Shown: positions 26,201 to 41,200 of the stretch, one piece after another
Layout of the letters: every line of letters starts with the position of its first letter
Position numbering within the stretch: position 1 is the first letter of the stretch
Assembly: GCA_002633005.1 (NCBI GenBank)
Contig: NMRA01000617.1
Coordinates: 70,367-134,366 of the forward strand
Origin: Phoronis australis
Taxonomy: Eukaryota; Animalia; Phoronida
Reading direction: 5' to 3'
Length of the DNA: 64,000 bases
Notes under the pieces: model-generated
Databases searched by the model: none
What the model was told of the DNA's origin: nothing
What the model saw: only the letters and a program-made list of their open reading frames with translations
Position numbers and translations under genes: made by a program

Positions 26201-29200
26201 GGATAACTCTGTGCAGAAAAAAATACATTAACAGGTAAAAGTTTGGCTTGATCGTCACTGGGCATAAACATGGCCAAGGAACTTGATTATAAGTAAGCAC
26301 ACAAACTACATCTTCTTGCCATTGAACAATGAACTAATTCTTTTGCAACGACAAATGAGGTTGAAATATTGGTTAAATTTCTGGTGTACAAAAACGCCAT
26401 TTGATAAGGCCATCCTTAAAGTATTGTTTTTTCCCCTTGTCCTATTGTGAGTTCTCTTGAGATTGGCGAGTCAGTTTGTACAATATTTTATTTTTTTCTT
26501 GACCTTTGTTTGGCTGTTCAAGCCAAGCATAGATCATGTGCCTCATGGGTGTAATGCTGGGTGTTTCAAAGAAGAGCTGCACTTCTTCTGAATATGCAGC
26601 ACCTCTGTATCCATAATCTGTCTTCTCAAAATTTGCTCTGGAACAATTACTTCTAAAACTTATATTATGAAATGATTACATAGATAAAAAATCTGTGATC
26701 AGCTCATATCTTTTGGTGCAGCTGCAATGTTTAACAACGTGAAATATTTTGCTTTTAAAATAGACCAGATTTTCTTACCTTGTTAGTTGTTGGGTCCACT
26801 TGTTGACAGACATGTCAGCAAGTATAATGCAGTCCTGTCCCAGGTGTGCTATTGTTAGGCACAGAGGTGTGAATAACTTGACATGACTAGTTGAGTCCTA
26901 GGATGATTGACATACCTGCTTATGGCCAGTGATCATTAAGTGTGAAATATACCCATTTGGGTGTTATTAGCTGGGTTCTTTTATCAACCTACTGTATTAA
27001 TCTTGGTTATTGCCCAGAACACCCAAAAGTGAGGGGAGCAGGCATGAGCTGAGCATTGGTGCTTAAAAACTAAAATAAAATTGAGAAGCTCGATCTGGGT
27101 TGGTTGCGTACAGGAAAGGCCGCTCAGGTTAATGCCATGGGAGCTGCATTGACTTAGCGTGAAAGAGTCAAATAGAAAATAAAAGATTGGTGGATTTCAG
27201 GCAATGTAGTAAGGTGCTTATCATTTAGAGTGGAGTGATCAAGCAGAATAGCTCAGTAGGATGACTCAGCTTTTTTTTTCTTACACTTGTAAAATGGGAT
27301 GGTAAGCCGAGCGTAGCCGCTTAAAAGTGGACATATTGGAATTGACCTATCGCAAGCTCTGTCCCCTTGCGAAATATCGACAAACAAACAATAAGTTTTA
27401 CCCAGCAACGTGTTGTTTGTCGGGTAAAGTGGCGGCTTGGATATGAAGGTGTGTCGAGCATGCTGTGTTCTGATTGGTCAGTTAAGCTGTCACTCAAAAG
27501 TCTGGCGATAGGTTGATTGTGGAGTGTGTGGTACATAGGCTTTCATCTGGAGGATTACGGTGCTTCTTGTTCAGTTTGTGTGGGTCTATTAGGAGCTTTA
27601 AAAGAGGCATTAGCAATTAGAAGCATTTGATACTGCACTGGCCTGCAGTTGAAACCAGGTTGGGGTGGTTGAAGACATTTGAAATAGTGAAAGTTGAACA
27701 GGATATGTCTAGGGGGGTGAGTTTTCTTCCGTCGTGTGATCTCTTCTGTCCTGAACTTGCCGACAACCCAAAGATGGCGGAATATGACCGCGAAAAGTGG
27801 ATGTACGAAAAAGCTTGTCAGCAGGCTAAACTACTAAACCAACACTTGGAGTTGTTGGAGACAAGATTTAGGCGCACGATGAAGACGAATTGTAAAGCTT
27901 TACGATACAGTTTACGCATACAGATCGTGACCACAGAAGGCCTTCAACACATGTTCAACGAATTTCTCTCATTGAAGTGGAGAAGAATGCGCGAATTAGG
28001 TCAAGAGCTTGGTTTAGAGACGACGGGTGGTGATTTTGAGCAAGACGATGACATAGATTTTGGTGTGCTACGCATAGATGAAGAATCTGGTTAGAAATTT
28101 GTGACTGGTGCGATTTAAATTAATGGAATCGGCGTGACTTTAATGATTTTTAGTCCGTGATACTTAGTGACTTATCAAGTGTGTGATTTCACAATTATCA
28201 TAAAGACCAGCCACAGCGTAAGTCACTTTGTATGAAATGATAAACAACCTTAACTTCCTGTGGATCGGACAGAAATGAATTAAAGAAAGCTTTTGACTCT
28301 TGAAAAGCGTCATTTCCGGGTGTCAGCTTTTAACGTGTAGATGATATTGTTGTGACAACCATTGTTTCATTTAGATATGACATATGAATTTGTTGTGCTG
28401 TTTGTAAGTATGCTATGTCTCTAAGAATGCTGTGGGGAAGGATCTCGGCTATTAACAACGTTGACTCCATACAAACGTGTGAAATGTTTGACATAAGAAT
28501 ATTTCAGCTAACTATATTGAATGTAGGGTTACTTTTGTACTAATTTTTAATTAGTAAATGGTATCACCTTCAATTGATAGTCTATCCATTTGTTGAATGA
28601 AAGAAATTGAATGATTAAAAGTATTTAATTGTAAACCAATCAGTCCATTTCTTGTGCATTGTGAGTTTCAGGCACAATTTAGAGTCACAGTAAGTGCTGC
28701 CTTCTTTTGTGTCTGGAATCTATTTTAGAAAGATTTAATATACAGCTGATCATATTTCCCAATTAAAACAATAATGCTGTTCATTGAGTGACTGCTTTTT
28801 TCTTTAACTTTTTGAGACAATGGTTTTTATATGGACTGTTGGGTACACATTGCAGGCTTCCTGGCAGCAGTTGTGTTTTTGCCAGAGCTTGATGGTGAGA
28901 GCGTTTTGTTTACATTCGTAGCATTGTTTGTCTTGTCTCTTTACAATATGACTATGACCTGTAACACAATCCCATTACTAACAAATGGGGGTGCTGACCG
29001 CCTTTGTTTGAAAATGATACAGAAACAGAATTTCGTGGACAGAATTGTTGAATGGCGGAGATAACACATTGCATATTCAAAATGTTAACAGCCGTGTGGG
29101 TCTTTGGCTAACAACAGGCCCCCTTCATACTCGGGTTCTGTAGAGGGTTAGTTGGCAATAGTCGGCAGTAACAGTGTGTAACACAGACTGCAATCGACAG

Positions 29201-32200
29201 TGCTGTCTGCTGGTGGTCTGTTTTAGGAGACCGGTTGGCTAATTTTCCTAGTGATCGCCGAACCGTTTCCAACGGGTCGAATAAAAAGGCCTTTCCACTT
29301 CTAACCACAAGACTCTCTGTGGCTTGTTGAGAATGCTTTTTTACCTGCATAAGGCCTTGGGCAATTAGTGTAGTGGTGCCAAAATAGCTGGGTGAAATCG
29401 TCAAAAGACAATTTAGTTTTGTTTCAATTGGAAATTTGGATATTCGAGTTATTTTTTCATGTAACCTAATACACACTACAGCAAAGATTTAACGCATTGT
29501 ACAATAGTCATGCAGTTGCAGCCGAGGGTTCAAATTTATCAAATTTGTGTATAGATTTGAAAACAAGATACTCAAAAATACTTGAATTTATTTGTTTTAA
29601 GTAGTTTTGAAAATGTTGGTTTCAAATCTAAGAAGCAAAGACAGGATTGTGAGATTTTAAGTTCTAACCCTGCAGAAGTAGTCTTTCAAGACAAATTCAA
29701 ACTCCATTGGCAAGTACCAAGAGGTGTTTGACTGTTATTCTTGCCTCCTGAATTCAAAATAGCAGTCTATTCTTGAAGTTGTGCTATGTGATAGTAGGAA
29801 CACCAAGTTGTAACTTTTAGCAACCTGCACATGAGATATTTTCACGAGTATTAAAAAAGAGGAGAGTTTAAGTTTGGTTTATTTCTTAGATGTATGAGGG
29901 CACGTACACAAAGTTTGACTTGGGGCAGTCATTTTGGCTGCTATGAGGTTTTCATATCTGTGAATGTGCATATTTCAATCATTATGTCAAGTCCTAGGAT
30001 TCTTCCAAGAATGTAGAGTGCTGTCAAGTGGCAGGTTGATTGCCGTGTACATGTTTTGAGACCTAACCTGGCTGAAGCTAGGGTTTTAGCCATCTCTTGA
30101 CCAAATCCCTTTAATGTTGAAACATCACCGAGAGATAGTTGGAGGCTACGGAATTATTGGAGGGGAGCGATATGAAAAAACTTGCGAGTCATGAAAGGAA
30201 TTACCATTTCATCAGGCGCTTTATAGTTAAGTTCAGAGAGCGCTAGATAGCATATCTTGGTATTCACCACTGTTGTTACACGATGTTGTAAGGTGCACAC
30301 TTTTGTTCTTCAGGAGATTCTATGGCATGAGAATTTCATGTTTGTCATAGAACAAGGTCCCCCTTCTTGTCATATTGACCTTTTATGGATAAAGAGATGT
30401 ACAAGTTATGGATGAAAAGGAGGCATCAAAGCAGGTGAAACAAATTGTCTAATCACCAAGGTCTCCACTCTGAGACGCTCTCACATTAAGTTTTCATCGC
30501 CGTAAAAAGGTCGAAGGGGTGCATTCTTTAGATGACGCGAACTGATGGCTAACATTTTTTCCAGGTTTCACAATGTTCTCCAGACGGTGCATGAAACGGA
30601 CGACAATGAAAAATTAGTACAGGGATTGTATGAGAACTACCTGGAGATGAAGTTCAAGGACCCGCGGTTGGAAGGGGTGAGGCTTGCAGCTATGAAACAT
30701 GATCATCATATAAATTCTTCCTATTGAAGTGTCTAATAAGCAGAAGTACAGTAAAGTAATTCCTCAGTTGTTTAGCACACAATGTGGCCAATAAATGAAA
30801 ATCTGTTTCGACGAATTTCTCCACAAAATAACGATTAAGAAGCTCTTAGTCTATTACTGATATGGTGTGCGCAGTGTAGATGTTACAAAAGAAATTGGTA
30901 AATTTTCCATTGTTTACAGTAAAGTTATGAGCCTTTGGAAAACTGCAAAATGGCAATTTGGGCGTCTGTTTTTATTTGAAATAGATGGAGAGTTACCATA
31001 TTCTGCATCATTTTCAAATTTCTCAGACAATCATCAGCAGACAGAAGATATTGTCTGTGTGTGTAATTAATGTTACAATGACGATTTTGGTCTCTGCCAC
31101 ACGCAATCAGGCATACATATATTCATTTAGCATATTAAGACCCAGTTGAGTGAACAGAAACCTGACTTCAATGTCGGACTGTGTTATTTGGAGGTATTTG
31201 AACCCACAGTCCTTAGATTGAGATGAGTATTTTCTACCATTACTACCACTCTGCCTCTAGATCGTCACCCGTCCCAATTGTTTTAAGTTTCTTTTATTAC
31301 AAACTGCTACCTCTTGTTTGCACAGCATGTTTTTGCATTAGGTGTAAACTTGCAGTAATGTGGTTAGATTTAGTATTGACTTTTGATTGAAATTAAACCT
31401 TGTGAATTCATTGGTTACTTTTCAACATTTCAGGTCAACCTAGCCAATGAGTGGCTCTGTTTCAATGACCTAATCAACCAAGAAGTCCTTCACCATCAGA
31501 ACTGGACCATAGCTAAATACCTGGCCTATCTACCCGTCACGTTCCACCTTATATTTGCCACCAGTGCATTCCCAAAAATACAGTACCCATCCAGCTCATA
31601 CGAGGTCAGTTAGAAAAGTCTGGCATAGAAGCAACGTCCAGATGTTTGTATTCACCTGATTGTTTTTTTCACAAAAAATCATGATTTTTCAAGGACATTG
31701 CCCTATTTTCTGCAAACATGATTTTTCTCACACGAAACTTGCAAATTGTGTTTTTTATTCTGTTAGCTACAAAAGCACGTCACCTCTGATTTTATTTTAA
31801 GGTGACATGTTTAGATGTCTTCCTGAAATATCTAAATAACTAGCATCTGTCAACCCATAAAACTATGCGCTCACATATTTGTATGTGAGCGCGGCGCATT
31901 GTGCCGTCAACCCTGTTCATTCGGCGTCCTACCAGCGCCCACTGCTGTTTCTCAAAAATCTTTGGATATACATGAAATTTTGCAAGATTCGTTCCTTTTA
32001 TAGATGGGATGGCATGAGCGAATTTGTCGGACTGATAAAACTACCAGTGTGCCTCCTAGTGGCAATTTTAGTTTTTTAAGTTTACCTCTGTGTCTTCATA
32101 TTTCCTTAACGGATTTTCACAAGATTTGGCAAATAGGTATTTATTAGTGAGATGACGCCACCTTGCCATTTTCAGATGGCGTTGAGGTATCTTGTGCCAC

Positions 32201-35200
32201 CTAGTGGCCATTTTTATTGTTTTCGAGTTTTAAGGTGTCTACTCTTCTATCAACCAAATCATTCTAAGAATGATTATGGAAATTGGCATGAGACATACGG
32301 TGAAGAGGACGGCTGATGGTAATTTTGGGATGTTTCCAACTAATGTGATGCCACCTAGTGGCAATTTTGTTTTTGTTTTGTTTTGTTTTTTGTGTCCATG
32401 GCTTTATCTCCTGTACCCTAAGTGGCAGGATCTTAGTTAAATTTAGCTGTACTTGTTGGAGGTTGACGAGTTTGAGACAGATTGGACTACTGCTGTGACC
32501 CTTAGTGGAATTTTTTTCCCATTTTGCTCTGCATCTTTGGAGTTCCTTGACTCATTTTTATGAAATTTGGCAAGTGGCTTTCTATTTAAAGAGGCGATGA
32601 CAGCTTCCCATTTTCAGATGGATTTGACATAGTGTATGCCTCCTACTTGCCATTTTTGTTATTTTAGATTCTGTTTTTGGCGTTCATTTCTCTTTCGGCC
32701 AAAAAACTCTATTACGAAAATTTTTCAATGTGTTTTTATTGAGAAGAGCATGGATGACAATGATTGTTGGACTATTTTGACTACTGTGGCGCCCACTAAT
32801 GACACTTTGCTTTTTTCGCAACGACAGATGTTTCTTCTAAACCCCTGCAGGTTGTTTGCGAAATTTAGCAAGAGAGTGTATTTCTATGAATGTGATAACC
32901 AATGACAACGACTTTTGCACGTACTGTACCGCTATGCCTCTTAGTGCCACTTTTATTTTTTTATGATCTTGGCAGGTGTGTTGCTGTTGAGGGGAGCATT
33001 TGTTGACTTGCTATGTTCCCCCTTAAAGGTTGTTTTAACATTACAAACATTGTTCTGTTTAGTGGAAATGTTTGAAGTAGTAATCATCCGTTCTGCCTGC
33101 AACACATGCAATGGACACAATGGGCGCTTATCAACACTCCACTTTGGTATTGAACTTTAAGGCCTTTTAGTCTAAGAAGTTTGCTGTCAATAATAAAGAG
33201 GTTGAATAAAGTGTAGCTAATAGAATACAGAAATAAAATTTACAAGTTTTGTGTGAAAAAAAATTACGAAATAAAAAATGCAGTCCTATGATTACGGACA
33301 TCTGAACATTAGTTTGGGCACATACTAAGATTCTTTGATAATCAAGGATTTTTAAAATAGTTGTTTTATGACTCTATAGTTAGTCCTTAAAGTTATTTAA
33401 ATAAGAAATTCACTGAAGTTTCGGCTTACCTGATCTTCACATGTAAGACTTTTTTCAGAACCATCTGAAGTATCAGAAGTCAGTTAACCTAGTTACGGCA
33501 TTGACCAATGACATGTCTCCATTTGTTCGCGGCCACCTCAACCTGCAGACGACAGTACTAGACGTATTACCTCCCCTGATGGACATCATTCAGCCCTCGC
33601 TGCGACCTGTAAGTAAATGATAGACTGGAGTCTTAAGTAAAAACTGTTGTTGATCTAAACATGAACAAGAGTATCTGTGTGACCCAATGTTTGAGTTCTC
33701 ACAGTTTTGTTGATGTCTCTGAACAATGCCACAGTCCCAAATAGAAATCTCCTTTGTCTTGAAGGTAGGAAACCGTGTTGTTACATTGGCCTTGTTTTAG
33801 AAATAACGGGCTGATTCTAGGAGTCATTTTGGAAAATACGCCATCAAGTTTATCCAACTTCCTGCCATTAGAGTTGTAGGTCACAGCACAGCAGTAAAAC
33901 TGTCATTCAATGGTAGAATGCAGGTATTGCATTTTAATGCAGTAGATAAAATCTAGAAAAAAGCAAGACACCAACAAATAATATGAAAATGAGGCGGAAG
34001 AACTGCTTGATGGATGTTGAAGCATCGTCGTGGGTAAATATCGAGAGATTCAAAAGTCGCTGTGTAATCTTGGACCATCCTATGTAGCACTCGACTGTCG
34101 TTGCACAACAATGTTAAGATGTTTTAGAAAATTGTCAATGTAAACTGTTCTAGCAAGAAAATGAGAGTATGTTAGCCGACAATTTGATAATCTTAATTGC
34201 TCCATTTGTATTCAAAATTGGTACCAATAAACCATTCATGTGAGCTGTCACTCGATTAAGTGACCTAAAATTTCATGAGCTAAGGATCCGTGGTGTTGCT
34301 GACCTAACACAAAAACGCTAAGCGATAGATTACCCTGCACCAATAACTGCAAATCAACTCACTTCTGTGTTTATGGTAGGTGAACACGCAGCTGTACAGT
34401 GGACGAGAGAAGGAGGAACTAGCCAATTTGATCCGCACCATGATTGGCTACAATCTGACCTATATACAGGAGAAGGATGAAGACGGACAGTATACGTACT
34501 TACTAGAACCGTAAGTTTACGTGGGGCTCCCTACGTGGGGCATGCGCCTACAGCGTTGCCGTATTCACTTTCTGTGGTTTTGTTTCTCTTTGGGTCATTC
34601 CCAAAATGTTTCTTCACTTCTACCTACCTTCTGTCCTCAGAGATGGGTACAATACACCCCACAAGTATGTAAACAAAATGACCCAGCTGGGCAGTAGCTG
34701 AATTAGTGGTCAGATTAGTGTCCCCTCCTGACAGAATGAAATAAATTAACAGGAAAGTTAGCAGGGTGGCTAGGCCGTTCTGTAATTAAAGTTTTGCTGA
34801 TGTAATAGCCATTATTATTCATCTGTGATCTTAACATAATCAGCCGTTGTGACGGGGAAACAAGAGTCGTCACATTTGTTTTTGGCCAGAACGTGAGCAC
34901 GAACTTTACTTACTTCCTAAGTTTACTTACGCGCTAATTTTAAAGTTCGGAAAAAGTATTTTGTCTGATTACATTTATCCTGTAGTATAGATTGGTAGGT
35001 AGGTCAACTAAATATTATTTCGGCATTTCATACTTATTTTCTGTCAATTGCAAAGTAATTCATTTTTTGAAATTTAGATATATAATTCCATGTGTCAGAT
35101 TACAAATAGAATCTGTCGCACACATTCATTGAGAAAGAAAAAAGCAAACAACAGGCACATGCAACAAAACCAATAAGCAAGACATATAATTTTTTTTTAA

Positions 35201-38200
35201 ATTATAACTTGAAGGATATGTCTATCATACCATTTTCTTCCACTACAAAGACCTTGAAGAAAGTTCTGAGTGTGTTGGATAGAAGGATTGTTAGTTGTAA
35301 TAACATTAGATATTTATTGTTCAATAGTTCCAATTCATGGATTAAAAACATATTTATTCACAAGTTTTCTGTAAAACTAGATAATAATGCATCTTTACTC
35401 AACTATTACACTGACTACGAAATTAAAGAAATATATATAATCTCCCTTTCAATCTACCCGTAAACCCTATAATGTTTAAATACTTTTTCATCCACAAAAG
35501 AATTTATACAAATTTTAAAAAGTATTTGGTATTTCACAAACAGACCAATGTCCCTACCGTGGCAAGGTCCAGACTTTTCAGCATATGTTTTACAGCTGCT
35601 TCTGTGTTAAACTTTTCTGGAATTCTTTACGTCATTTCATAAGTAGTTTTTAATTTACACACTGAGCCATCTATGTACCACTTCTTAGTTTGCTTCTTTG
35701 GCAATCTAAGTGAAATCTTAAATACCATATACACTCATGCTCAACATTATATTTATACATCATCGAGAGATAGGTCTCAAGCTTGTTTTAATAAGTTCAG
35801 ATGTATACTTTTTGACGCAGTGAACCTCATTTTATTTAACGCCTCGGATAAAACTTCAGAACAGTGGAGGGTTTTGCAGGCATCTCTTTAAAATGATTCA
35901 AGCAATATATGGTGTTATTTTTTAACCACTTCTGTTGTATTATAAGACAACTGACCTTTTCACAAATTACCACCTACGTAAATGTAAACGTAAGTTAGGT
36001 TAATTAAACCGTGTGAATGTGAGTGTTAATGAGTGTATGAAAGTCCTCCCCTCCCCGTTTCCCTCCCCCTTTTATAATAATCTCGGCTAATTATCCACCC
36101 AATCATTAGGAATTATTTTCGAGACACTTATTTGTTCAATTTGTATGACGTATTGTTCTCTCAGTATGTTTTAAAGATATGTAGTCAGGGCCACCCAACC
36201 CCAACCATATCTACTAATCACTAATGATATGCTTTCTGGGTAAATAAACGTATTCAATAAAAAAATAAGCAAGACGTGAACGTTGATTCTTTTCAGAAAT
36301 ATGGAACTGGTGGTGCGATATCCTGGCATGAAACAGCACAAGTCGTTGACGTATGCAGCCAAGCAGCTTATTGGCAGAGAGGTGAATATTGTGATGTGTT
36401 GGTTTCTAGTGCATTTTCCTTGAATTTGTTTCCTCTCAACATTTACACTTGTGCCTTCATACCCACGTAGCTGAGAGAAGTTTGAAGTTTTAAATTGCAA
36501 AGAACATTGCTTGGTAAACTTCTATTTTTATTGTTTAAGGTTATGTTGGATGTTACTGACAAGTCTGTACATTTGGCCAAATATTTACAAAACTATAGAA
36601 TTTAATTTGGCAAAATTATATATTTTCTGAAAGCAGAAATTCAGAATTTGTAGAATTTTATTGTTGACTTGATACCAGTCTTAGAGGAGGCAGTGTGGCG
36701 TATTGTGATAGGTGCCCGCTTTCTTTACTCAAAGTCCCGTGTTTGAGTCTCGATAGGCCACACAGGTAGACCCTTGAGTCATGTTTTTAGCTCCTCAGCT
36801 CAGTTTTAACTTTATATGTTAATAAAACTCAAAAATGGTTCCAGTGGATGGGTGCAATGGGTCCCCATGCGCAGCCTGTGCACGTCTGGTACAATTTGTA
36901 CCTGACCGCCTGCACTTACTTTTTAATAAAATAACCAGTCTTCCATTGATAAGCTGAACATGACCATATTTTTTAGCAAACTTTAGCAAAAAGGAAAGGA
37001 ACATTCACAGCAAAAAAACAGGATCAATTACACGCCGGGTTGATCAAATTTCATGTGACTTTAAATCTTCAAAATAAAATCTCAAAAACGCTGTTATAGT
37101 TTTCTAAATTATCGTTTCGTTTTATGCAACTTTTTTTTTCACAAAAGTAGTAACTCCTATTTCTGATAGTACGTCATGCCAAAGTGAAACATTTTAAAAG
37201 CAATTCCTAACAACGTTTTGGAGAGCAATGCATTAAACATGACATCTGAAAGTTTCATGTTAATCCACGCGGCTACTTCTGAGTTATGATGTTCCGAAAT
37301 CGGCCAAAATACAATTTTTTTCTGGGATCTTACATAATGCTGAAATGTTGAAAATGCTGCCATCTATTGGCTATTTTGTTTGACTGCATCACAGGCATGT
37401 TTGAATGACTCATTGACCATTCAGAGTGATGTTTTGAAATGTTCGTAATTGTAGCATATTGCTGCCTAAACCAATTCTGAGATTTCTCTCTTTTACTGTG
37501 TAATATTTTTATGGGCTTTTGTAATACAAATGTAACTAGATGGTGCTGCCATCTGTGTCAAGGTGTCCAGTTGATGTTTCTTCTAAACCGCTCGAAGGTT
37601 CTTCTTGAAAATGTAGGATTTGTTCAAATGGAAGTTGCAAAGGATGTTGATTACTTTTAGATGGATCCGACTATGGCTGTGCCTCCTAGTGGCAATTTTA
37701 TTTTTTACGCTTAGCTCTGTTCCTTCAGAGTTCCTTGACAGATTTTCATTAAATTTTGTCAATAGGTTTCTTTTACGGAGACAAGCACCACTTTTGTTAT
37801 TGGACAGATTTGACGTATTCTGTGCCTTTTCACTTATTCGTTATATATATATTTTTTTTTGGTGTCTTTATAATTTTTTTGGTGTCTGCTTCTCTATCTG
37901 CCAAGCTGGTCATGAAAATTGGCAGATGTGTTCCTGCTGACAGATATTCGAACGGTATGAGTACTGTGGTGCTCCCCGGTGGCAATTTTGTTGTTTTGCA
38001 TCCACGTCAGTATCTGATAAGCCCCTTGCAGGATGTTTGTGAAAAATAAGCAAATTTATTCCTATGAATATGACAATATTTGACAAATTCTTTCAGGCAG
38101 ATCCTACTACCGCTTAGCCTCGTATTTGCAATTTTAGTTTCTTACATTAGCTTCTGTATTGTTGGAATTCTTTGACAAATTTTCATGAAATTAGACTAAT

Positions 38201-41200
38201 AGATTTCTATTGGAGATTAGATGAAGACGCTTTCTAATTTTTGGCACTAATAAACACTCCTAGGTGCAGTTGTAAGTGCTATTTCAACACTTTGCCTTGC
38301 TCTTGTAGATATAAGAAAGCTTCACATTGCTTATTTTCTGTAGATTGATATTGAGAAGATGAGGAGATCAGAAGCCATCTTGAACAAGAACACTGACAGC
38401 ACTGCCGCCGTGCAGAACTCTGACAAGTATGAGCTCTTTTTAAAGTCACACCCCCAGGTTGAAATTTGACTGCATGAGTTGCAAGCTTCGATTTTCATGC
38501 GATCAATTTTTTCATTGAGTCACAAGTAAAGTTGGTGGCTGCACGATCTGATCTCGGAATTTTTTCATCAAAGAGCTTTGACTTAAGTCTGGATATCTCC
38601 TTTACCAAGCTTAGGACTTCTGAGATTTGTAAGATCTGGCATTTTGTTATACTTCAAGACTGTAGTTGGCTAACGAAGGTCATCACATTAGAAAAGGCGG
38701 AACACATATCTGCTAGGGACCATTCGAAGTTATCGCCATTGTCACGAGCGTACGAACCATATGCTATAGGGGGCAGTGGGATGGGCTTGCTGCCAGGATA
38801 CCCTTTTGCCGCTCTGAAATCGGCAATGTCAAATAACAGAGGTCAACATCATTAATTGCTTTTTCATATCGTAAAAACACGAAATAACCTGTGGCGGAAA
38901 TGTTGCTAAGATACTTACAGCTAGTTTTATAGGCTTTTGTGTGGAGGGAGGGAGCATAGAGAAAGGTGTGCTTTCCGCTTTGGAAAATGGCAAGAATTGT
39001 GAACAGTCTCCTTAGTAATGAAATGGTCAATTACCACCAGATGGAGTTGCTGCTTTGTAGTTTCAGATACATTAATCCCTTTGTTATTTCAAACAAAAAT
39101 AATTGCCAAAATTGTCACGGGGTGCATTTGAAACGAGGGCTGACGGCTGACTACATTGCTGCAAATAAAGATTCATTAAGAGTTGTTTTATGACAACATT
39201 GCAGTACAAACTGTACAAAGAATAATAGACAACTCCTTTAAAATTTATTTTTTTGGAAAATTTTGATGACATGCAATTCTACCTTTCCATTGTATCGTGT
39301 GGTAACTTAGTGAAGAATTTTGCATTTTGTTGTTTAAATATATTTTGTTTTTTAGTTTTCAATATAAAAAAATGATTGTTTCTAAATACACAAAACTTGC
39401 CATTTTTGTTAGTACCATTTACTTTTTAGTTTTTGCCATATTCTTNTAGGGACCATTCAAAGTTATCGCCATTTTCACGAGCGTATGAACCATATGCTAT
39501 AGGGGGCAGTGGGAGGGGCTTGCTGCCAGCGTACCCTTTTGCCGTTCTGAAATCGGCAATGTCAAATAACAGATGGCAACATCATTAATTGCTTTTTCAT
39601 ATCGTAAAAACATGACGAAATAACCTGTGGCAGAAATGTTGCTAAGATACTTATAAATATCGTTAGTTTTATAGGCTTTTGTGTGGAGGGAGGGAGCTTT
39701 AGAGAAAGGTGTGCTTTCTGCTTTGGAAAATGGCAAGAATTGTGAACAGTCTCCTTAGTAATGAAATGGTCAATTGCCACCAGATGGAGTTGCTGCTTTG
39801 TAGTTTCAGATACATTAATCCCTTTGTTATTTCAAACAAAAATAATTGCCAAAATTGTCACGGGGTGCATTTGAAACGAGGGCTGACGGCTGACTACATT
39901 GCTGCAAATAAAGATTCATTAAGAGTTGTTTTATGACAACATTGCAGTACAAACTGTACAAAGAATAATAGACAACTCCTTTAAAATTTATTTTTTTGGA
40001 AAATTTTGATGACATGCAATTCTACCTTTCCATTGTATCGTGTGGTAACTTAGTGAAGAATTTTGCATTTTGTTGTTTAAATATATTTTGTTTTTTAGTT
40101 TTCAATATAAAAAAATGATTGTTTCTAAATACACAAAACTTGCCATTTTTGTTAGTACCATTTACTTTTTAGTTTTTGCCATATTCTTTTCAGATGTTGT
40201 CGTGCTTTGATAAAGTTTAACAATACTTTAACAAAATCTGTCAACATCTTTTGAAGTCTGTCGCACTGTCTTCCTGGTGGCCATAATTTTCAGCTCAGAT
40301 CTGAGCGTAATTGTTGCATTCTGACCGCAGGTTTAAAAAACCGGGAAAAGGAACCAAAACATCAAACCAGGTACCCAATCACCTGAAGCAGAAATTGGAA
40401 CCTGTGGCAATAACGCCTCAAGCCGAAAAGGTAATGTGTTGCTGTTATTAAGTTGACAAAATCATGTTTGAAAAATTAAGTTGAGGGTATGTAGGATGTT
40501 ACAGACAAGCCGGCGTATTTAGCCAAATATCTGTATGGGAGGGGGGCAGGCACTTTTTTTTTGCCCCCACCACCCATATTTATCATTTATTTCTTCAGCC
40601 CACCACCTGTAATTTTTTATATAAGTTTCAAATGCAACCACCCGTAATTTTTTTGTTGTTCTTGTGGTTGACTGCACAGGCACTTGAGTTTATCTGTTCC
40701 TCGATAACCACTGACGTTATTCATTACTAAGAAAAAATGTTTCTTATGTATGGTTATTAGCCATCGAGAAATTTGAGTGCCTGTGGTTGACTGTTGTTCT
40801 GGGCATGCCGATGGGGAGATCGGAGGGAGTGAAAAAGACAGAGATTTTTGCAAGTTGCGTATTTGTTTTAGTTGTTGATTCTGCGCGGATTGTTCATAAA
40901 ACTTACTGAAATTACCCACCATCAAACATTTATGGCACAATGAAACAACAATGACCTGTAAATTTTTATTTTTTTGAAGTACGACCACCAGCCATTTTAA
41001 ATTTAAATCAAACACAACCACTCATAAATTTTTATTACAACTGCCTCCTCCCCACACAGATTTTACTGGAACAGCCCTCAGTAAAAGTGTTTATTTTCTA
41101 AAAGTAGAAAGCATGTAGCATGTAATTTTTGACTTTTTACAATTCTGTCGTTAATTGGGTACTTTGAGACCATGATCAGTGCATAAAATGACGTGTCGTG

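Noticed and set aside
29108-30500. Third nested gene or transposase remnant in CHTF18 intron 15
   Set aside because: The 122-aa ORF shows no similarity to the A/B pair or any motif I recognise. A PNLAEA fragment near 30060 is too weak to call a hAT dimerisation domain.
38764-40015. Pairs of identical small ORFs suggesting duplicated genes (also 44797/46463)
   Set aside because: They arise from N-adjacent duplicated intronic segments and have no protein-like features.
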